NCBI GenBank assembly: GCA_964581625.1
Contig: CAZOPE010000013.1
Location: forward strand, 1,833 to 65,832
Length of the DNA stretch: 64,000 nt
Origin: an uncultured Cellvibrionaceae bacterium
GTDB lineage: Bacteria; Pseudomonadota; Gammaproteobacteria; Pseudomonadales; Cellvibrionaceae
Reading direction: 5' to 3'
Positions 29,607-38,221 of this stretch are shown one piece after another. Made by a program: the position numbers and the translations under genes. The notes under the pieces were generated by a model. It saw only the letters and a program-made list of their open reading frames with translations, searched no databases and was not told the origin of the DNA. The stretch's first letter is position 1. Each line of letters begins with the position of its first letter.

Positions 29607-30431
29607 TTATTGAACGGCAGTTTTGGTATCCGAAATAATAACTTCTACGCGGCGGTTCATCTGGCGGCCAGATGATGTTTCGTTACTAGCAACCGGAAAG
29701 TTTTCACCCTTGCCTGCAGCAGTTAAACGATTAGATGCAATGCCCTGTGACATTAAATATTGCTGTACTGCGTTTGCGCGGCGCTGTGATAAGCCGAGGT
29801 TGTATTCTTCGTCGCCAACACTGTCTGTATGACCTTCAATGGTAACAGTGCGATCTGGATACTGATTTAAAAACGCAGCTAATTTAGACACATTTGCAAT
29901 GGCGCTCGCCTTCAAATCCGACTTGGCGGTTTCAAAAAGTACATCACCTAAAGTCACCACCAAACCACGCTCAGTTGATTTTGCGTTCAGCTCAGCAATT
30001 TGGCGCTGAAGTTCTTCAGCTTGACGACGCGCTTGGTCAGCATCTGCTTTTGCCGCATCAGCTTCGCGAGTGCGAGAATCAAGGCGCGCTTTTTCGCGTG
30101 CATCTGCTAGCTCTTTACGTTGATCTTCCAAATAACGCGCTTGCGCTTGCGCTGCCGCTATATCGATTTTGTGATCAGCCATCCATACCAAATGTTCCAA
30201 ATAAGAGTCATCCTTGGGCACTTTTTCCGCAGCTTGCACTGCCGCTTCTGCATCTTTAAATGCGACCGGCGCGCGGTTTGCCAATTGGGAATTGGCCTGC
30301 AAGGTACTCAGCTTGCTGCGTACAGCAGCAACTTCGGGTGGAATTTTTGATGACGTCGCGCAACCAGAAAATATAATTGCACTCAAAGAAATAGCACTTA
30401 CGATTTTTGCTGTGTAAATTAATGTGTTCAT
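29607..30431 (-). CDS. DUF4398 + OmpA-domain lipoprotein
   Basis: Lipobox FSGC, coiled coil, TERGLVVTLGDVLFET, IEGHTDSVG, NRRVEVII. Confidence 0.88.
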   Translation of the reverse strand: MNTLIYTAKIVSAISLSAIIFSGCATSSKIPPEVAAVRSKLSTLQANSQLANRAPVAFKDAEAAVQAAEKVPKDDSYLEHLVWMADHKIDIAAAQAQARYLEDQRKELADAREKARLDSRTREADAAKADADQARRQAEELQRQIAELNAKSTERGLVVTLGDVLFETAKSDLKASAIANVSKLAAFLNQYPDRTVTIEGHTDSVGDEEYNLGLSQRRANAVQQYLMSQGIASNRLTAAGKGENFPVASNETSSGRQMNRRVEVIISDTKTAVQ

Positions 30432-30853
30432 TATTTCGCTCCCTCATTACGTTGCAATTCTTGTTTCACGGCCGATGTACCTTTTTGCAACTCGTCATTG
30501 ATTTCTTTCGCTTTAACGGCTGCCGTTTTGGCTGTCGCCAATTCTGCATTCACTTGAGCGCGTTGCGCAAAGCGTGCTGCTCTAGTCATATTTTTTGCGT
30601 TAACTTCAGTTTTGGCGTCTGCTAAATATTTACGCGCATCAACCAATTCCGGTGATGCATAATCCGTGACTTGGGCTTGTTCCGCGAGTTTAATCGCAGT
30701 CTCCGCTGCAGTGATTTGACTATTAGGAGGTGGTGTTGATGCGCAGGATGCCAACATGACAGTGGCAATGATTGCCAAACCTGAAACGTAAAATGTAGAC
30801 ACGATGGATCTAGTGCAGCTACTTGAGTTTTTGCTTTTGATATTCCGAATCAT
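30431..30853 (-). CDS. DUF4398 lipoprotein
   Basis: Lipobox LASC, AETAIKLAEQAQ, YASPEL, AQVNAELA; abuts the OmpA lipoprotein gene. Confidence 0.8.
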   Translation of the reverse strand: MIRNIKSKNSSSCTRSIVSTFYVSGLAIIATVMLASCASTPPPNSQITAAETAIKLAEQAQVTDYASPELVDARKYLADAKTEVNAKNMTRAARFAQRAQVNAELATAKTAAVKAKEINDELQKGTSAVKQELQRNEGAK

Positions 30854-31176
30854 GGTAATGTTCCTCGCTTAATTTACTTTTTGCTGAATGCTTCTGAATG
30901 CAACCCTATAGGTACAGAAATTTTGATGAGGCAAGCATATATTGACGCAGCAATATGCATTTATCGGTGCGTTATCGCACCATTTCAGCGCCATGATCCT
31001 TACCAAAGCAATTCGCAATTGCAAAAGCAATTTGACAAACTCGAGTTATAAAAAGCATGAAGTTTTGTGTGTGTTGACGTACAGATACCTGCTAAAAATA
31101 TGGTGATGATCTGCTCAACTCGGTAGGCCTAAGGTTTGACGCCACCGTGCAATCCAACTCAAACAGGAACTTAATT

Positions 31177-31515
31177 ATGAAAAGTGATATTCAGCCAGCA
31201 GAAATTTTTGAACCTACAGAAAAAACCAACAGTATTTCTGTAGAGTTCCAGCGCTTTCTCACTGATATTGAAGATCTAGTATCGCAAGCGACCTCTTTAA
31301 CAGGTGAAGATTTGGCGAAGCTAAAAAACTCCATGAACGAGCGCATTACTGTTGCCAAAGAATCGTTAAATGAACTGAGTAATAACCTTGTTCAAAAAGC
31401 ACGTAAGGGTGCCACTGCTACTAACAATTATGTTCACGAACAACCTTGGACAGCAGTGGGCGCTGGTGCGGCGATTGGTTTATTAGTTGGCCTGCTTGTT
31501 TCGCGTCGCGATTAA
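31177..31515 (+). CDS. DUF883/ElaB/YqjD-family membrane-anchored protein
   Basis: C-terminal YVHEQPWTAVGAGAAIGLLVGLLVSRR; start ATG 31177 with AGGA RBS. Confidence 0.88.
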   Translation: MKSDIQPAEIFEPTEKTNSISVEFQRFLTDIEDLVSQATSLTGEDLAKLKNSMNERITVAKESLNELSNNLVQKARKGATATNNYVHEQPWTAVGAGAAIGLLVGLLVSRRD

Positions 31516-31518
31516 GCC

Positions 31519-31956
31519 ATGTGGAAGCTTATAATGGAAGTTGCAAGCAACTTATTGACCGGTAAGGACGCCGGTTCGATAAACCCATTGCAATTAGTGG
31601 GTATGTTGCGCTCAGCAGGCAGCGCTCTCGTTGCCCAGGTTTCATTGCACGCACAACTGGCACATATTGAATGGCAACAGGAAAAGCAGCGCCTTTGTAA
31701 AATGGCCGTTTTCGGAATATTAGGTTTTGTATTTTTTCTTTGCTTTGCAATAGCGGCAAGCGCGTTCGCTATATTGTTAAGTTGGAATACTCCTTACTTA
31801 ATTCATACTTTTACTGCGGTATTAATTGTTCATATTGTTGGATTTGTATGGGCAGCGCTAAGCCTTAAAAAACTTGCCGCGCAAAGCAACCATAGTTTTG
31901 CGGCAACACGCGCAGAAATTGCATCAGACATAGCCTTGCTGAAGAGCGCATTATGA
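31519..31956 (+). CDS. YqjE-like (holin-like) membrane protein
   Basis: LAHIEWQQEKQRL, two TM helices, FAATRAEIASDIALL; follows the ElaB-like gene. Confidence 0.7.
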   Translation: MWKLIMEVASNLLTGKDAGSINPLQLVGMLRSAGSALVAQVSLHAQLAHIEWQQEKQRLCKMAVFGILGFVFFLCFAIAASAFAILLSWNTPYLIHTFTAVLIVHIVGFVWAALSLKKLAAQSNHSFAATRAEIASDIALLKSAL

Positions 31957-32276
31957 ATGAACTAGCAAACGAAAAACGCGAAGCGTTGCAGAGCATGGAT
32001 GCACATTCTCAAGTTTGTGCGGTCAAATCTCTCGATGACCAAAGACAAGAGTTGTGCATGCGCCTTCAAGCTAACAGAAGACAAATAGCCATAAAATTGG
32101 CTGGCCCAGAACGAAACAATCAGTTCCCTCGCAGCGCAGCCATGCGGTTTATGTCAAACCCTCATACACATGAAATACTCCACAAAGCTGCCAATGCTGC
32201 TTTAGGCCTTCAAACATTCAGGGTTTTACGTTGGGGTGTGAGCGCCATGAAATTTTTTCGCAAAGGTTTTAGGTAA
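31953..32276 (+). CDS. Hypothetical protein in the YqjK position
   Basis: ATGA overlap with the preceding gene; synteny with elaB-yqjE. Confidence 0.55.
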   Translation: MNELANEKREALQSMDAHSQVCAVKSLDDQRQELCMRLQANRRQIAIKLAGPERNNQFPRSAAMRFMSNPHTHEILHKAANAALGLQTFRVLRWGVSAMKFFRKGFR

Positions 32277-32315
32277 ATTTAATTTTTATAACCTCTGCAT
32301 TTATGACCTCTTTAT

Positions 32316-33281
32316 TTATAACCAGCCCGATTTTTTAAATCGGTAATAAAGATAACTACATATGGTACCCACCACGACTATGGCTACGGGATAACCAAAC
32401 TTCCACTTTAACTCGGGCATATATTCAAAGTTCATTCCCCACACCCCCACAAAAGCAGTCGCTACGCCAAAAATAGCGGCCCACGCAGCGAGTTTTTTAT
32501 TTACTTCGCCCTCATCAATTGCAACCATCGATAAGTTCACTTGAATCGCAGTTCCTATGGTTTCGCGTATTGAATCTACAGAAATATTGATGCGATAAAG
32601 ATGATCGTGAACATCGCGAAAATAATCTTTGGTGTCTGCAACAATCGCAGGAACACGGCCACCATCCAATTTACCAACGGCTTCTAATAGCGGCGCTACC
32701 GCGTGTTTGAGAATAGTGACTTTGCGTTTAAGCTGGTACAGTTTTTCTATGTTGCTACGCTGAGAGCCTTTTGTGAAAATCTGTTCTTCAATAGATTCTA
32801 ATTCAGATTCAATAGCATCCATCACTGGAAAATAGCGATCCACCACTGCATCCATCAGCGCATACAACACAAAACCAGCACCCAGTTTGAGATGCTGCGG
32901 CTCTCGTTCGCAACGGTCTCGTACGCCTAAAAAATTTTGGCTGCTGCGATTGCGAACAGACAAGATATAATTCTTGCCCACGAACACATCAACTTCACCT
33001 ACACACAGCTGTCCATCGCGTATTTCAAGTGCGTGCATTACTGCAAAAAGCGAATCACCATATTCTTCAATTTTGGGCCGCTGATGACCACACATTGCAT
33101 CCTCAACCGCAAGCTCGTGCAAGCTAAATTCTTCCTGCATTTTGGTTACTTCGGCTGGTTCAGCATCTTTTAGAGCAACCCATACAAAGCAGTCTTCGCG
33201 CTTCACATATTCGCTGATATCCTCGATATCAATGTCACACAGCTTTTTTCCTTCTTCGTAAGCTACACAGTTAATTAGCAT
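32316..33281 (-). CDS. corA: Magnesium/cobalt transporter CorA
   Basis: HQRPKIEEY, GVWGMNFEYMPEL (GMN motif), two C-terminal TMs. Confidence 0.93.
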   Translation of the reverse strand: MLINCVAYEEGKKLCDIDIEDISEYVKREDCFVWVALKDAEPAEVTKMQEEFSLHELAVEDAMCGHQRPKIEEYGDSLFAVMHALEIRDGQLCVGEVDVFVGKNYILSVRNRSSQNFLGVRDRCEREPQHLKLGAGFVLYALMDAVVDRYFPVMDAIESELESIEEQIFTKGSQRSNIEKLYQLKRKVTILKHAVAPLLEAVGKLDGGRVPAIVADTKDYFRDVHDHLYRINISVDSIRETIGTAIQVNLSMVAIDEGEVNKKLAAWAAIFGVATAFVGVWGMNFEYMPELKWKFGYPVAIVVVGTICSYLYYRFKKSGWL

Positions 33282-33435
33282 TATCGCCTCGCAACATTTT
33301 TATACCCGCCTTTAACGTATTGAACTATTGTGAAGAATCCTATTTTACATACTTATCTTAAGCTAACTAACGCACAGAATCTGCAAGGGTACAACTTTAT
33401 CCTGCAAATTCATCTTGCTCTCAAGGAGTGCTTTT

Positions 33436-33888
33436 ATGAAAATTTTAACAGTGGTAGTTTGCCTATTCAGTATGATTTCTATGGTCGCGTGTAATAGTTA
33501 TTCATCACGCGACGAGCACGTTCGCAGTGTTCACTCATCGCCACGTATTTCATCTGACAAGTATGGCCGTGTGACCGATATTGAAGTCTTGTCCCGTGAA
33601 GCGCGGACTTCGGGTGGCGGCGCAGTGTTAGGTGCGGTTATTGGGGGCGTTTTAGGTCATCAAGTCGGTAAAGGTACAGGGCGCGACTTGGCAACAGGAG
33701 CAGGCGCCGTTGGTGGTGCTATTGCCGGTAACAGCGTAGAGCGCCGAAATGGTCGGGATCAAGAGATTTATCGTATTTCCGTACGCTTTGAAAATGGCAG
33801 TAGACAGCAATTTGACTACGAACACATTGATGACCTACGTGTAGGTGATAGAGTTAAGGTAGAAGGCGGTCAGCTGGAACGATTGTAA
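33436..33888 (+). CDS. Glycine-zipper 2TM lipoprotein (SlyB-like)
   Basis: Lipobox MVAC; GGGAVLGAVIGGVLGHQVGKGTGRDLATGAGAVGGAIAG. Confidence 0.85.
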   Translation: MKILTVVVCLFSMISMVACNSYSSRDEHVRSVHSSPRISSDKYGRVTDIEVLSREARTSGGGAVLGAVIGGVLGHQVGKGTGRDLATGAGAVGGAIAGNSVERRNGRDQEIYRISVRFENGSRQQFDYEHIDDLRVGDRVKVEGGQLERL

Positions 33889-34025
33889 TAATTGATTTTT
33901 AATCGCAGCAGGTTAGAACGCAACATTTAGAACGCAAAAGGTATTTGCGATCAGCGCGCGCAAGGTTAACCATTTTAAGGAGTTGGAAGTTGGCCTTGCA
34001 CGCAACGCATTTGAGGAAATACTTT

Positions 34026-34847
34026 ATGCAAATCAACACGACCGATGCACGCATTTTGATTGTTGATGATCAAGCCGTTAACGTTCAATTACTGGAACAA
34101 GTATTGAGCGAGGCTGGTTATACGAATTTAAGTATGACCATGAACCCTCTGGACGTTTGCGCTTTGCATGAAGAACACTCCTACGATTTAATTCTGCTCG
34201 ACATACAAATGCCTCACATGGACGGGTTTGAAGTGATGGAGCAGCTAAAAGCATTACAAATAAATTCTTACCTGCCGGTCATTGTTCTGACTGCACAGCC
34301 AACACACAAACTCAAAGCACTTCAGCTTGGCGCAAAGGATTTTATTAGCAAACCTTTCGATTTGCTGGAAGTAAAAACGCGCATTCACAATATGCTTGAA
34401 GTTCGTTTACTCCATAAAAAGTTGGAGGAATGTAATCGTCATTTGGAAGATACCGTTCGCCAACGCAGTGATGAACTACGTGAAAGCGAAGCGCGTTTTC
34501 GCCGCCTCACTGAGCTCGCGTCTGATTGGAATTGGGAGCAGGACGCGCAAGGCCATTTTATTAATATGCCTGACTCTTTACGTCACAGATTGGGTATAAA
34601 ACTCTCTTCAGATCCGCATGAACCAGACCATTTGAATGACTGGAATGAAAATGACCGCGCCACTTTTTGTGCAATGTTGGCGAGCAGACAATCCTTTATT
34701 GACTTTACTTTTTGCCGCACCAACGAGGTAGGACAAGCCCTACATTTTCGAATCAGCGGAGAGCCCATTTGGGGGGATCATGGTGAGTTTGCAGGCTACG
34801 TAGGTTTGGGGATGGATTACGAAGTGCTTATAAGTGTTGCAAGCTAA
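34026..34847 (+). CDS. Response regulator: receiver + coiled coil + PAS-like domain, no output domain
   Basis: ILIVDDQ, DLILLDIQMPHMDG, DFISKPF, ESEARFRRLTELASDWNWEQD; start ATG 34026 with GAGG RBS. Confidence 0.8.
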   Translation: MQINTTDARILIVDDQAVNVQLLEQVLSEAGYTNLSMTMNPLDVCALHEEHSYDLILLDIQMPHMDGFEVMEQLKALQINSYLPVIVLTAQPTHKLKALQLGAKDFISKPFDLLEVKTRIHNMLEVRLLHKKLEECNRHLEDTVRQRSDELRESEARFRRLTELASDWNWEQDAQGHFINMPDSLRHRLGIKLSSDPHEPDHLNDWNENDRATFCAMLASRQSFIDFTFCRTNEVGQALHFRISGEPIWGDHGEFAGYVGLGMDYEVLISVAS

Positions 34848-35137
34848 ACCTTAATATCAATTCGCGAACGACTCGACTGATAGTTCGCTACGGACAAAAA
34901 AGCACGGCTTACAGGATCATTATTTTGCGGGGTTCTTTTCCCTCCTGATTTCGCCTCCGTTGTCGGCTCTGCCGGCGGAATGACTAACGGTGCTACGGCA
35001 ACCCGGTATTGATGAGGACTTTGCGGATCGCGCTCTGCCTCCAAGGTAACGGCTGGTCGAGCTTGCACTTGTGACCGCTGTGAGTAAGCGGCTCCAGGGC
35101 CATAAGCCGAATAACCTAAAAAGTCACCTATTACCAT
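34844..35137 (-). CDS. Hypothetical 97-aa protein
   Basis: ATG-started ORF in intergenic space, protein-like composition, ends RIDIKV. Confidence 0.55.
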   Translation of the reverse strand: MVIGDFLGYSAYGPGAAYSQRSQVQARPAVTLEAERDPQSPHQYRVAVAPLVIPPAEPTTEAKSGGKRTPQNNDPVSRAFLSVANYQSSRSRIDIKV

Positions 35138-35229
35138 CTACGGAACCAAATACGCTTTTCAGTTGAAAAATGGGTTAATAAGTGAGCAGTATAGCCAATT
35201 AATCCCCAATGCCCGAGTTCTTTCCCTAT

Positions 35230-35448
35230 TTATTTGTGTTCACACTCTACCCGACGAACAAGTAAGAATGGGTGCCCAAGTTCAGCCGCCCCTTCGTAAA
35301 ACTCCTGCCCAACCAGTGATGGAGCGACATTTTTCCACCCATATGACTCCTGCCCGCACATTGACCGAATTTTGCCCAATGCAAGGTCGCCTTCTTTGAT
35401 AATATCGCCATCGCTAACGCGACTGTAGCCTTCGGGACAGGGGTGCAT
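35230..35448 (-). CDS. Hypothetical 72-aa protein
   Basis: ATG preceded by GAGG at good spacing; globular-looking sequence MHPCPEGYSRVSDGDIIKEGDL... Confidence 0.5.
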   Translation of the reverse strand: MHPCPEGYSRVSDGDIIKEGDLALGKIRSMCGQESYGWKNVAPSLVGQEFYEGAAELGHPFLLVRRVECEHK

Positions 35449-35605
35449 TTAAGCCTCGCAGGCGGCACTTGATATTTATTTTTCAAACTCGTCGATTCAG
35501 ATCACTTCGGCTCGACTAAATAGCGTAATTTAACATTGCACGGTGCAACCCGCGCGCGCCGTTAACGCCTAATAATCGCTTATTGCGACCCGACTGGATT
35601 TCACA

Positions 35606-36817
35606 ATGACTTCAGACTCCTCCCAATTATCCCGTATTTCAAGTGGGGAATTCACCCTGCTGGTGGCGCTGCTCATGTCGATTGTCGCCATTTCCATTGA
35701 CGCCCTGCTGCCCGCACTCGGTGTTATCCCTCAGGACATTCCACTCGCTTACCCTAATCAGGCGCAGCTCATTATTAGCGCGCTTTTTTTGGGTATGGCC
35801 ATAGGCCAATTGGTTTGCGGCCCCATGTCAGATGCAACTGGCCGTAAGAAAGTCTTGTACAGCGGCATTTTGCTCTTTTTGATCGGCAGCGCTTTATGTT
35901 TTTTTGCGCAAGACATTAATACTTTGCTGATCGGTCGCTTTATTCAAGGGCTCGGGGTATCAGGCCCCTATGTATCCGCTATTTCCATTGTGCGCGACAA
36001 ATACGCTGGCCGCGAGATGGCAAAGGTAATGTCACTCGTGATGATGATTTTTATTTTGGTACCTGCGATTGCGCCCAGCCTAGGCCAATCAATTTTGTTG
36101 ATTGCATCTTGGCGCTACGTGTTTGTACTTTACATTGCCTACGCTGTAACTATTGGCCTTTGGATTTTTCTACGATTAGAGGAAACACTGCCGGTGGAGA
36201 ACCGCATTCCGTTAAGCGCAAGGGGTTTTTACGACGGTTTTAAGGAAGTGATCTGCAACCGCGTCACCATGGGCTACACCCTGTGCATGGGCCTGTTTTT
36301 TGGCAGTTTTATCGGCTACTTGAATTCATCGCAACAAATTTTCCAAGGGCTGTTCCACACGGGCAAACTGTTTACCGTGTACTTTGGGGTATTGGCACTG
36401 GTGTTTGGTATTTCATCACTCGTCAACTCGCGCTTCGTTGAAAAATGGGGAATGCACTTTATTAGTTTGCGCGCTGTGCTAGGGGTTGTTATTAGCTCCG
36501 CCTGCTTTTTAGCGCTGCATGCGGTGTGTGAGATTCAGCTGTGGATGTTCATGACCTATATTGCTTTGTTGTTTTTCGCTTTCGGGCTTATCTTCGGCAA
36601 TGTGAATGCAATGGCCATGGAGCCTATGGGCCATGTCGCTGGCATCGCATCCGCGGTTATAGGTTCAGTGTCATCGATTCTTTCCATGGTGATAGGCACT
36701 TTTATTGGCCAGATGTACAACAACACCCTCATCCCTATGACAGTCGGCTTCCTCACCATGACGAGTTTGGCCTTAGTAACCATGAAAATAGCAGACAACA
36801 ATAAGCCAACAAGTTGA
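35606..36817 (+). CDS. Bcr/CflA-family MFS drug-resistance transporter
   Basis: SIDALLPAL, GPMSDATGRKK, IVRDKYAGREMAK, APSLG; ~12 TMs. Confidence 0.9.
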   Translation: MTSDSSQLSRISSGEFTLLVALLMSIVAISIDALLPALGVIPQDIPLAYPNQAQLIISALFLGMAIGQLVCGPMSDATGRKKVLYSGILLFLIGSALCFFAQDINTLLIGRFIQGLGVSGPYVSAISIVRDKYAGREMAKVMSLVMMIFILVPAIAPSLGQSILLIASWRYVFVLYIAYAVTIGLWIFLRLEETLPVENRIPLSARGFYDGFKEVICNRVTMGYTLCMGLFFGSFIGYLNSSQQIFQGLFHTGKLFTVYFGVLALVFGISSLVNSRFVEKWGMHFISLRAVLGVVISSACFLALHAVCEIQLWMFMTYIALLFFAFGLIFGNVNAMAMEPMGHVAGIASAVIGSVSSILSMVIGTFIGQMYNNTLIPMTVGFLTMTSLALVTMKIADNNKPTS

Positions 36818-36867
36818 CCCCCCCCCCATCGCCAACCTGACTGGCTCGACTGCAAGTCAGGTTGGCG
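36818..36867. repeat. C10 tract plus 13-bp stem-loop directly after the MFS stop codon
   Basis: C-run 36818-36827; CGCCAACCTGACT (36830-42) / AGTCAGGTTGGCG (36855-67). Confidence 0.6.
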
Positions 36868-37117
36868 CGGTAACACTCCCCCCTCTTGTTTCCCTGTATG
36901 TGGGAACTTCCGAAACTCTAAACTGGTCTTAAGAGCTTGTTTACACAAACACAGTCACACAGCTGGAAAAGATACAGACACCAAACTCAACTCACCTATA
37001 CAATGCCGGCATAAACTGCGCTGGCAAAATTGATGTTTGAGCCAAGCGCCCCATAATAAATTCGACCCAAATGCCGATTTACCCGGCATTGCTTTTCCGC
37101 GATAACAAGGTGATTTC

Positions 37118-38038
37118 ATGAGAAACATTATTGTTCCTCAGCTTTTCAAATGCCTTTCCTGGTTACCTCTAAATGGCGCACGTGCGTTGGGCGTGATGAT
37201 CGGCCACTGTATGTGGTTTACCCGTAGCCGTAGCCGCCGGATTACACTTAAAAATATCCGCGCCTGCTTCCCGCAACTTTCGGTGGAAGAAGTCAACAAA
37301 CTAGCACACCAAAGTCTTATTGAAACCGCAAAAACGGCTGCTGAAGTGAGCCTGATTTGGCGCCGCTCTTGGTCTTGGCTTGATTCCAAGATCGTCGCAG
37401 TGGAAGGTGAGGATCTCCTTCGCGCCGAGCTCGCGAAAGGCCAAGGGCTGATTGTATTAGCGCCTCATCTGGGCAATTGGGAGGTCGTCGCGCCCTACCT
37501 TGCGAGCATCGCCCCGCTTACCGCTATGTATCAACCGCTTGCAATACCCGCCATGGACAAAATCATTTTGGCGGGCCGCAGTAAAACTAACATCAATATG
37601 GCACCCACCAATCGCAAAGGTGTGGCGATGCTCTTAAAAACCTTACAGCAAGGCAATATTGTCGGCATCCTACCTGATCAATTACCCAAAAAAGATGCCG
37701 GCGCCGAAATGGCCCCATTTTTTGGGCAAGAAACACTGACCATGAGCCTTGTACATTCGCTCATAAGCCGAACCCAAGCACGCGCTGTAGCCGTTTTTGC
37801 CATGCGAGTACCTCGCGGCTTTAAAATGATTGTGTTACCTGCTGATGAAGCCATCTATGGTGACGATCCGGTCATATCTGTTCGCGGCCTAAACGCCAGC
37901 GTGGAGAGCTGCGTTCGTTTGGCGCCCTCGCAGTACCAATGGGAATACAACCGCTTTCGCCTCCCTAAATCCCACCAAATCGCTCTTGAACAAAAGCGCA
38001 ATTTATTTGCGTGTAAATCCTGTGACACCAAACCATAA
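37118..38038 (+). CDS. Lipid A late acyltransferase family (LpxL/HtrB-like)
   Basis: PHLGNWE (HX4E/D), ILPDQ, FFG, PSQYQWEYNRFR. Confidence 0.85.
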   Translation: MRNIIVPQLFKCLSWLPLNGARALGVMIGHCMWFTRSRSRRITLKNIRACFPQLSVEEVNKLAHQSLIETAKTAAEVSLIWRRSWSWLDSKIVAVEGEDLLRAELAKGQGLIVLAPHLGNWEVVAPYLASIAPLTAMYQPLAIPAMDKIILAGRSKTNINMAPTNRKGVAMLLKTLQQGNIVGILPDQLPKKDAGAEMAPFFGQETLTMSLVHSLISRTQARAVAVFAMRVPRGFKMIVLPADEAIYGDDPVISVRGLNASVESCVRLAPSQYQWEYNRFRLPKSHQIALEQKRNLFACKSCDTKP

Positions 38039-38163
38039 AGTCGGGTCAACCGCTACAATCGGATCACCGAATCGCTTGCCAATTCCAAAAGTTTATTAGC
38101 GCTTAATTTTTAATCGATTTAAGGCTTAAGTTATGGCCCTTTTCAAGGCAGCGTGTTACCTTA

Positions 38164-38179
38164 TGTGACACAATTCACA
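38164..38179. promoter_or_regulatory. CRP/Vfr consensus site
   Basis: TGTGA-cacaat-TCACA, perfect core, 43 bp upstream of the ThDP-enzyme ATG. Confidence 0.7.
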
Positions 38180-38221
38180 CTTAATGCGTGACGGATCACT
38201 TTTACGGTAAGGCTCCAGATA

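Noticed and set aside
35247-35486. 79-aa alternative-frame ORF
   Set aside because: TTG start without an RBS; the overlapping 35230-35448 ORF has ATG plus GAGG.
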